From sequence record MW812341.1: 64,000 nt of DNA, one strand, 5' to 3'. Shown here piece by piece: positions 57,301-64,000 of this stretch. Numbering within the stretch: the first letter of the stretch is position 1; each line of letters starts with the position of its first letter. The notes below the pieces were generated by a model. It saw only the letters and a program-made list of their open reading frames with translations, had not been told where the DNA came from and did no database searches. The translations under genes were made by a program, and so were the position numbers.

Positions 57301-59610
57301 TCAGTCTTCTGCTTCTTCACCATCTTCATCCTCGTCTTCATCTTCCGCGTCACGTTCTGCTTTCGGTACATAACGCACCGCTTTCAGATCTGGCAATTCA
57401 GCCAGGGCTTCTAACGATTCACCGTAGTAGTCAGACAGCAGACGTGTACGGGTCTTATCGATCATGAAGACACCCAGACATTCCAGGATGTGATAGTAAG
57501 GCTCTACTGTTGCGAATGCGGTTTTACGCACGTTTGCAGCAGCAATCAGCTCAGGCGGAATACCGTGGTTCTCTACCAGGTGTTCTGGCAGAATCAATGT
57601 GCTGTACGTACGGCCTTTGGTTTCTTCAAACCAGGCTTGTGCCCCGTTACGGATAATCGGGTCTTCGATAGACTCAATCCATTCCTTCAATGCGGTTTTG
57701 GTTTCCAGGTTAACTGGAAGCTTAACGGCATCGTACGGCGGTTCTTCGATGTAGCCATACTTTGGCCCAAAGATCGTGTTGTACATGCGGTGATAGTGAT
57801 AGCTCTTCTCATCGCCCTGATAAGCTTCACGCGGTTTGATGTTCGTGGTTTTCAAGTAACCTGGGTTACCGCTACGCAACGAGTCAACAACGTTGTGCTC
57901 AATAGATGCGATTTTCTCCATCAGTGGAACGATTTCAATGCGCTCACCTTTTGCTACGGTGATACACAGCTGACGGATAGTCTTCTTAAACTCCTTCATG
58001 ATAATCGGAGGAATGTTAGAGGTACGTAAGCTTACGCCTTTAACTTCCAGCTCCGGGTCTTTCTTCAGCTGGCCTTCCTGTCCGGTAATAATGGAGAAGT
58101 AGTGTTTTGCTTTGGTGGTCAATGCGAAGGAGTCAAACTTAAACTCGTTCTTCATGGCGTACAAGAAGATACGCTCTTTAGCCACGCCGATATTAGCTGA
58201 CATGCTGGCCATCAGGTGACGCAGATGCTGGGTAGCAATGTAAATCATTGCATCCGATACACGCGTTGCGGTTTCACCGTAATGTTGACCACAATACCAC
58301 TGTGCCCACCACTGTGCGGTCATCATCGTGGAGTCAGTATCAGATACCACACCCACACGACGTACCACATCAGGCATCCTGGCAATGTTAACTGGCAGGT
58401 TACGTGTGGTCAGGATATTCTTAATCAGGCAAGTATAGCTACCGATGGTGCGTTGCAGGAATACCGCTGAGCGGATCAGCTCTTTATAATCACCCTGCTC
58501 ACTCCACGGTAAAGCTTGTTCAGTTTCTTTATCCTTACGTTTAACGTCACCAAACGATTTACCCAACGGTACGATATCTGTACGGAACTGACCGATGATG
58601 ATTTTCATGTCACCGTCGATAGTTTTCTCAGCAGCTTTCCACTGCTCGTCCGTCCAGTTAGTGCAGTCCTCAACCATCTCTTTAGAAATGAGAGCGGTGA
58701 TGAATCCACGCATGAATTCGTCGTTGAATTTCGCCAGGTGGAAGAAGTCACCCATGTACACAAATGCCGCACGTTCCAGATCGGATACACGCTCAACGAA
58801 GTGACGTACACGCTCCAGACCTTCAACACTACGCCAATACAGATCAGACGAGTAAGTGATAACATCCATGGTCTCATCGACCGTAGGTACATGCAGGCTG
58901 TATTTCTCCATGCACTCTTTGAAGGCGATGAAGTCGGTCAGGGTACCGATGCTCAGGAAGTGGTCGATAACGCGTGACGGTGTGTCGTAGTGACGTGCGC
59001 CACCCAACAGACGTTCGTTGCCCGCATTACCAAACGAAGTTGCTGTACGGCAAGTAGAAGTCAATACCGAGTGCGAGGACTGGTTGAAGATTACCGTGTA
59101 CGGTGAGGAGAACGCACCTGACATACCGTTGTTCAAAGTTTTAACGGCGTTCTGTTCGTTCTTCTTGTTAATCTTCAGGACTTCATTACCGGCCGCAGCC
59201 GCTTCATACATCTCGTTCTTTACCACAGCACGCTTACGAACGTTCTCTGCGGTGAATTCCGCAAGCTTAGAACGCTTGACATGTTCTGGTAAATAGAAAG
59301 TCAGTGACGGGGCAGAGATAATCTGCTTTGCAATCACTGTCTTAAATAGCTTATCAATCGTGGTATGCTTTTCTTCACGATCGCCTGTGGTCTGGTTACG
59401 CACCCACATCTTACACGATGGGTAGCTATGCGCTAACTCGCCACCTTCTGCAAACATCTCCTCAATCTGACCACGAATATACTCATGGCTGTACTTGTGA
59501 TCTGTTTGGTGCCAGATGTACAGCGTCAATTGTTCCATGTATCCTTCGATTACATCGATCTCACGCTTGTACTCGTCGACCGGTAATCGGAATGGTTCTT
59601 TGTATTCCAC
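57301..59610 (-). CDS. Split family-B DNA polymerase, motif B/C subunit (phiKZ gp50-like)
   Basis: Motif B QNAVKTLNNGMSG, motif C VSDTDST, KAKHY, KGV; GTG start at 59610 with GGAG SD. Confidence 0.88.
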   Translation of the reverse strand: MEYKEPFRLPVDEYKREIDVIEGYMEQLTLYIWHQTDHKYSHEYIRGQIEEMFAEGGELAHSYPSCKMWVRNQTTGDREEKHTTIDKLFKTVIAKQIISAPSLTFYLPEHVKRSKLAEFTAENVRKRAVVKNEMYEAAAAGNEVLKINKKNEQNAVKTLNNGMSGAFSSPYTVIFNQSSHSVLTSTCRTATSFGNAGNERLLGGARHYDTPSRVIDHFLSIGTLTDFIAFKECMEKYSLHVPTVDETMDVITYSSDLYWRSVEGLERVRHFVERVSDLERAAFVYMGDFFHLAKFNDEFMRGFITALISKEMVEDCTNWTDEQWKAAEKTIDGDMKIIIGQFRTDIVPLGKSFGDVKRKDKETEQALPWSEQGDYKELIRSAVFLQRTIGSYTCLIKNILTTRNLPVNIARMPDVVRRVGVVSDTDSTMMTAQWWAQWYCGQHYGETATRVSDAMIYIATQHLRHLMASMSANIGVAKERIFLYAMKNEFKFDSFALTTKAKHYFSIITGQEGQLKKDPELEVKGVSLRTSNIPPIIMKEFKKTIRQLCITVAKGERIEIVPLMEKIASIEHNVVDSLRSGNPGYLKTTNIKPREAYQGDEKSYHYHRMYNTIFGPKYGYIEEPPYDAVKLPVNLETKTALKEWIESIEDPIIRNGAQAWFEETKGRTYSTLILPEHLVENHGIPPELIAAANVRKTAFATVEPYYHILECLGVFMIDKTRTRLLSDYYGESLEALAELPDLKAVRYVPKAERDAEDEDEDEDGEEAED

Positions 59611-59663
59611 GCTGTACTCCTGTGGCGTTAGATTCTCTCTGCTATAAGACTTAGTGCTCCCGT

Positions 59664-59705
59664 GAAAAAAGAAAAAAAAAGAATCCCCTCCGAAGAGGGG
59701 CATTC
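59664..59705 (-). terminator. Terminator
   Basis: CCCCTC-(UUCG)-GAGGGG plus long U tract. Confidence 0.8.
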
Positions 59706-60113
59706 TTATCCTGCCGTGTTATCCACGATTTCATACTTGACATCGTTTAACCCACGGATAGCCAGGGCTTTGGTAATCTCGTCAATCTCGTCACGGTTAT
59801 CCACCGTAACGGTAAAGCGAACGGTAAGATTCTTAATGACGCTAACGTCACGAATCCACGCGTCTGCTGCTACACGGATTTTACCGTTAGCCCCTTTGAA
59901 CATCAGGTACAGGTATTTCGCTGTATTGTCTTCCGGCTGGGCTACCAGACTGGAATAGATGTTCTTCTGGGTTGCATTGACGTCTTCAAAGCTTTTGGCC
60001 ATTTCGTAACCGCAGGTACCCAAGACAACAACGCGTTGCTCGGGCATCTTAATCGGGGTATCATACGTGATATTCACCACCGAACCGGCTTCTAACTGCT
60101 TAATGTCGTACAT
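59706..60113 (-). CDS. Conserved small protein (SH3-like beta barrel possible)
   Basis: 135 aa, coupled. Confidence 0.65.
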   Translation of the reverse strand: MYDIKQLEAGSVVNITYDTPIKMPEQRVVVLGTCGYEMAKSFEDVNATQKNIYSSLVAQPEDNTAKYLYLMFKGANGKIRVAADAWIRDVSVIKNLTVRFTVTVDNRDEIDEITKALAIRGLNDVKYEIVDNTAG

Positions 60114-60709
60114 TACTCCTCCGCGACGTGAATGTGTAGTCTCATATCCATGATGTTGAATTTACACTGTGGGAAATCGAGCGTGATGACCAACCGCTCA
60201 ATGTTTCCCTTGTGCATGAGACGGTACGCCGCAACAACGTGAGCGAACTCTTCCACAATCTGCTTCGCAAAGAACTGCGAGACAGCTTCAATGGAATATT
60301 CCAGAATGGTATTTGCCACGCTGAAATTATCGCTACTCACAGAACGGTGTAGTTGAATCAATGGAGTCAATTCTTCCATCACCGAATCATTGGCCGTACA
60401 TTCCATACCGGCGTCGAATTTCCAACGACGATATTCATCACTTAGCGAATCCAGGAACGTTTTCAGACGACTTAGCTGAACGCGAGGCAATGCGGTTTGG
60501 TGGTTATCGAGATACACCATCGCCGCTGTACGTAACGCGCTATAAATTACATCACTCTCCAGCTCCCCTACCGGTAAATCGACGCGCATCTTTGGGAACT
60601 TCGCCACGGTCTTTTCAACCGCCTCCAAAAACACTTCGCCATCCGTGAGGTAGCCGACCACGCCGAGTTTAATACCCCAGCTGTGGATGGCCAACACGTT
60701 ATAAATCAT
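60113..60709 (-). CDS. Hypothetical protein (198 aa)
   Basis: AAGGAG SD, coupled array. Confidence 0.75.
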   Translation of the reverse strand: MIYNVLAIHSWGIKLGVVGYLTDGEVFLEAVEKTVAKFPKMRVDLPVGELESDVIYSALRTAAMVYLDNHQTALPRVQLSRLKTFLDSLSDEYRRWKFDAGMECTANDSVMEELTPLIQLHRSVSSDNFSVANTILEYSIEAVSQFFAKQIVEEFAHVVAAYRLMHKGNIERLVITLDFPQCKFNIMDMRLHIHVAEE

Positions 60710-60718
60710 CTGTGCTCC

Positions 60719-61156
60719 TTAGCACTCCATGCAAATCAGTGCGTTACCAATCTCATTCATAAAGAGAGTAACCTTGGTTTGCTCGGCAATCTCCATACGA
60801 TTGAAACCGGAGTGTACACAAGCGGCTTGCACGATTTGCTGTAACTCGAAGAAGCGTACCTCTTCATGCAATGCTATCGAGTCGAAACTGATGCGCAGAG
60901 CGAGGATGTCTTCTTCTGACCAGAGCTGCTTCATTCGGGACAGAATGCGATACTGGTCGGGTGGCGTGAAGGTGACAAACCCCACGCCTAAACCATGGTT
61001 CACAATCTGCTCCAATGCTTCTCTTGCGTATTCCGCGACGAACATATAACACAAGTGTGGTGTTCGCTTTGGATTGTAGTACGCCGATTCGATATTTACC
61101 CGCCCGAGTATACCGTCGATGTCGCAGATGTCACGTAGCTCAAAATAAACTTTCAT
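60719..61156 (-). CDS. Hypothetical protein (145 aa)
   Basis: Coupled array. Confidence 0.75.
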   Translation of the reverse strand: MKVYFELRDICDIDGILGRVNIESAYYNPKRTPHLCYMFVAEYAREALEQIVNHGLGVGFVTFTPPDQYRILSRMKQLWSEEDILALRISFDSIALHEEVRFFELQQIVQAACVHSGFNRMEIAEQTKVTLFMNEIGNALICMEC

Positions 61157-61658
61157 GCTCGCATACCAACACTAGCCCTTTGAAATCGTCACCGTGGTGG
61201 TTCAGGTAACGCCCCGGATACAACTGTCGCACCAACCCAGCCAGGTCAGTCTGATGTTGACCCTGTTCGTTGAACATGTTTACCGCTGTGGTACGGGCGA
61301 TGTTTTGCTGCTCCATCGACCCGTATGTATTGGGAACAACTGTTTCATTCCACACAGTAGCACCCCATTCATCGCCGCCACCTTCCATTGGCCGCCAACC
61401 CCCGACAGGGTCATTAAGTTCTTCAAAGAAGTTGTCTTCGAAAAGCGCGGAGTTGTTCGCCATGATAGCCACCACGTACGCATACGCGTATTTCTGGTAG
61501 ATATCAATAATGGCTTTATCTGACCCATGAACTTCGTGAGCCAGTATTTCAAGCCCACTCTTCTCGAAGATTTCTGCGATGTTCTCACGCACCATCTCGT
61601 AGAACTTTGCCTTGCCGTAATTGTCTACACGCTCAGTTGCATCGTAGTAGACAATCAT
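61140..61658 (-). CDS. Hypothetical protein (172 aa)
   Basis: Coupled array. Confidence 0.75.
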   Translation of the reverse strand: MIVYYDATERVDNYGKAKFYEMVRENIAEIFEKSGLEILAHEVHGSDKAIIDIYQKYAYAYVVAIMANNSALFEDNFFEELNDPVGGWRPMEGGGDEWGATVWNETVVPNTYGSMEQQNIARTTAVNMFNEQGQHQTDLAGLVRQLYPGRYLNHHGDDFKGLVLVCEHESLF

Positions 61659-62161
61659 AAACGACCGCCCAGTGAGCCAATCAGCATTTCGATGACCGTC
61701 AACAGTTTCGGTGACAGATTGTCGAATGCTTCCGACGTTTCGAGATCAGGATACTTGACCTGATTATAGTCCAGTAAGAACTCCACACCCCCAGGACGAT
61801 TAATGCTGTAGCGTGCACCCACCCATTTACCGTAACGAGTAAACCAATGTGGGGACGTAGATACCGCAGTCATGTATGCTTTACCCACGTCCTGAATCGC
61901 CGCACCGTAGACCAATGTTTGTCTACCTTCTAATACCACACCACGCGTCGACAACTCGGTTGAGATGTAGTTGAACGTGTTCGGCAACATAAACGGCAAC
62001 TCATCGCCAATCGACCCGGCCTGGACAAACGCGAAGGCTTTGTTAATGACGCCGTTCAAGTCATCGTTAATCTCCCGCAGAACGGCATGAGGGTCAAACT
62101 CTGACAGGGGGCCACAGATATCCTGATAGTCAGGAATCAGAAAGTATGATTTACTTAACAT
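61655..62161 (-). CDS. Hypothetical protein (~168 aa)
   Basis: ORF 61655-62182; AGGAG SD favours a start near 62161. Confidence 0.7.
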   Translation of the reverse strand: MLSKSYFLIPDYQDICGPLSEFDPHAVLREINDDLNGVINKAFAFVQAGSIGDELPFMLPNTFNYISTELSTRGVVLEGRQTLVYGAAIQDVGKAYMTAVSTSPHWFTRYGKWVGARYSINRPGGVEFLLDYNQVKYPDLETSEAFDNLSPKLLTVIEMLIGSLGGRL

Positions 62162-62540
62162 AAAACTTAACTCCTGAAGCAATCATTTTCCACAGTCCAA
62201 AGTCAACATGCCACATCATGAATTGACTGGTAGGTGTGAAAGTGAGTTCACGTTCAACATGTCGCCACATATCCGAAGACTGGACGATGTAAGTTTGTAT
62301 TACTTGATTGATGAAATAATCATCGGAAATTGGATCTTCCGCGATGGTCGCTTTAAACCACTCTCTTACATGGTAAGTTTCGGCGTGACACTGTCGACGA
62401 CAAACCTCCATGCGAACTAAATGCTCGACGTATCGGTCAATCGTTTCATGGTGTTGGAAGTAATCTAACCCGCCGAACTGATCCAGTGGTTTAAGCATTT
62501 CCCGATAGGTATCGGGTAGCTCAAAATAGATCGTCTGCAC
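62151..62540 (-). CDS. Hypothetical protein (129 aa)
   Basis: GTG start, coupled array. Confidence 0.7.
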   Translation of the reverse strand: MQTIYFELPDTYREMLKPLDQFGGLDYFQHHETIDRYVEHLVRMEVCRRQCHAETYHVREWFKATIAEDPISDDYFINQVIQTYIVQSSDMWRHVERELTFTPTSQFMMWHVDFGLWKMIASGVKFYVK

Positions 62541-62967
62541 TTTCCATCACCTTCTTCGTGGTGACACGAACAAACTCATCATCAAGTTCGTAAGTGAGTG
62601 TGTATCCCTTATACGCTATATTAAACTCTTCGCACATGGCTCTGCGTACTATCTCTGCCCATTCAAAAGCTACATGCCTGGGCACAGCTGGGAATTGTAC
62701 TCTGACTATCGTTACTACATCGTCGTAGTTAATGCCAGCGTACGGATTGAAGTGGTGGATGAGATACTGAAACAAATCCCACGTCACGTACTTCAATGTT
62801 GTTTGGCAGTCGTATCCCGAAAGATAGACGTCGTTAGCGTGAGCGTTTTCAATTATCCGTAAGTATGCTTTGTACGTCACGAAGCGTATCATCGTCACAG
62901 ACGACTGGGGCTTTATAACGCCCGTCCGGGAAGCATTGCCTATAATGAATGTGTCTGATGTCTTCAC
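62521..62967 (-). CDS. Hypothetical protein (start uncertain)
   Basis: ORF overlapping neighbours. Confidence 0.6.
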   Translation of the reverse strand: MKTSDTFIIGNASRTGVIKPQSSVTMIRFVTYKAYLRIIENAHANDVYLSGYDCQTTLKYVTWDLFQYLIHHFNPYAGINYDDVVTIVRVQFPAVPRHVAFEWAEIVRRAMCEEFNIAYKGYTLTYELDDEFVRVTTKKVMESADDLF

Positions 62968-63508
62968 CTATTACCAGCTCCAGTGATACGATGCGGGAGT
63001 TATGTGAGATATGCGGAACCATCTCGACTACAGCAAATCGATTCAGACGTTTGTTCATCTGTCGGAAACTGGTTTTCAGTAATCGTTCGATACCTAAAAC
63101 AAAGTCATGGAAGATTTGTTCGAACGCCGCCGTGATTAATCCTGACGTCGGTTCGTAAACCACATGCTCCACTACTTTACTGCCGAGATAGTCTTTACCC
63201 AGTATTGTGTCGGTAACGACTTTCGACATACTCCGGATGGTTTCGGGTTCACCTAAGATGCCGTTCTTTTGCAGAAGGCTATGCATCATCGGTCGGTCAA
63301 TGTACGGTTCGAGGTGGTCGGTCAGTTGTGCATTAGGCATCTCTTCAATAGAGTAGAAGATTTCCTCCAATGCGGTATGGAGTAGCTGAACGGTCACTTC
63401 TTGCTTTCTTGGTTCATCTATGCGCAGTCCGGCAGCGTAAGGCGTCTTGGCGACACGTCCCCAAAAGTCCTCGTGCACATCACTTGGCTTAATGTGTATT
63501 CTGACCAC
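62849..63508 (-). CDS. Hypothetical protein (219 aa)
   Basis: Coupled array. Confidence 0.7.
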   Translation of the reverse strand: MVRIHIKPSDVHEDFWGRVAKTPYAAGLRIDEPRKQEVTVQLLHTALEEIFYSIEEMPNAQLTDHLEPYIDRPMMHSLLQKNGILGEPETIRSMSKVVTDTILGKDYLGSKVVEHVVYEPTSGLITAAFEQIFHDFVLGIERLLKTSFRQMNKRLNRFAVVEMVPHISHNSRIVSLELVIGEDIRHIHYRQCFPDGRYKAPVVCDDDTLRDVQSILTDN

Positions 63509-63741
63509 GTTTCTACAACCCCATTATGATAAGTAAATGGATGGCGATGGTTTGGCCCCAAACGAGAGAGCATGAACCACGCGTCCGTTCCGTCATAGCG
63601 CTTGGCTATGTCCAGTATAGTTTTTGATAAGTTGAATTGTCCTGGGAATATGAGTTCCTGTATACCGTTAATGATTAACCAATACGGACCTATATACCCA
63701 AGCTTTGTTTTTAAATTCAACTCAAACAAGACCCGCATCAT
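63418..63741 (-). CDS. Hypothetical protein, first of the early array
   Basis: AAGGAG SD before MMRVLFEL. Confidence 0.65.
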   Translation of the reverse strand: MMRVLFELNLKTKLGYIGPYWLIINGIQELIFPGQFNLSKTILDIAKRYDGTDAWFMLSRLGPNHRHPFTYHNGVVETWSEYTLSQVMCTRTFGDVSPRRLTLPDCA

Positions 63742-63770
63742 GGGAAGATACTCCTTATGGAATGTCACCT

Positions 63771-63795
63771 AGATAATATCTATGTCAAATATCTT
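63771..63795 (-). promoter_or_regulatory. Early promoter motif
   Basis: Minus strand AAGATATTTGACATAGATATTATCT. Confidence 0.7.
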
Positions 63796-63904
63796 CGATT
63801 GCGGTACGCACATAATGGCGTTGTAACGTATTTTTTTAAGTTACCTGTAGGGTTGGTTAACCCGTTGGTATGAACGCCGTTAAAATGCTTCACAGGAGCT
63901 TTAA

Positions 63905-64000
63905 ATGAATGTCATTGATTATTGCCTGCGTCGTATCCGGCGCGATATCCCTGCTCCAGTTCTCCGGATCGCTTTTATTCCTGAAAACTTACGCTCCTTG
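63905..64000 (+). CDS. Partial CDS running off the window (MNVIDYCLRRIRRDIPAPVLRIAF...)
   Basis: AGGAG SD, ATG at 63905, open to the window end. Confidence 0.7.
   Translation, partial: MNVIDYCLRRIRRDIPAPVLRIAFIPENLRSL

Noticed and set aside
37542-59610. Introns, inteins or homing endonucleases in the RNAP, helicase and polymerase genes
   Set aside because: The ORFs are continuous with expected sizes; no HNH, LAGLIDADG or intein motifs were seen.
59611-59703. Polymerase N-terminal extension MPLFGGDSFFFFF
   Set aside because: This is translated terminator sequence; GTG 59610 has the SD.
1-64000. tRNA, rRNA, CRISPR array, transposase or integrase
   Set aside because: No cloverleafs, regularly spaced repeats or recombinase motifs were found by inspection; a tRNAscan/CRISPR search would confirm.

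Overview
This 64 kb window has no host genes. It is the core region of a nucleus-forming jumbo phage (phiKZ-like, Chimalliviridae). Gene order and sizes fit my recollection of Salmonella phage SPN3US-type enterobacterial phages (about gp11-gp75); those homolog numbers are synteny-based inference, not database hits. Most genes are on the minus strand. Recognisable content: major capsid protein, DnaB-like helicase, tail/baseplate proteins, DHFR, a block of protease-processed internal head proteins, both halves of the split family-B DNA polymerase, one virion RNAP beta' fragment, an SF2 helicase, four non-virion RNAP subunits, an Mre11/SbcD nuclease, the nuclear shell protein chimallin and putative nucleus-associated factors. 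Three early accessory clusters each follow a conserved AT-rich promoter. The best new lead is a probable -1 programmed ribosomal frameshift (U UUU UUC plus a 7-bp hairpin, 32933-32900). It would join a 668-aa protein to a downstream ORF that lacks a convincing start, giving a lambda G/GT- or P2 E/E+E'-like tail-chaperone pair. Other leads: an M48-like metalloprotease motif set in a putative head protein, palindromic ribosome-binding sites shared by divergent genes, a repeated leader marking gene cassettes, shared SLL(D/G) tail motifs in adjacent nucleus-module proteins, and a possible array of divergent paralogs. No tRNA, rRNA, CRISPR array, transposase, intron or intein was seen.
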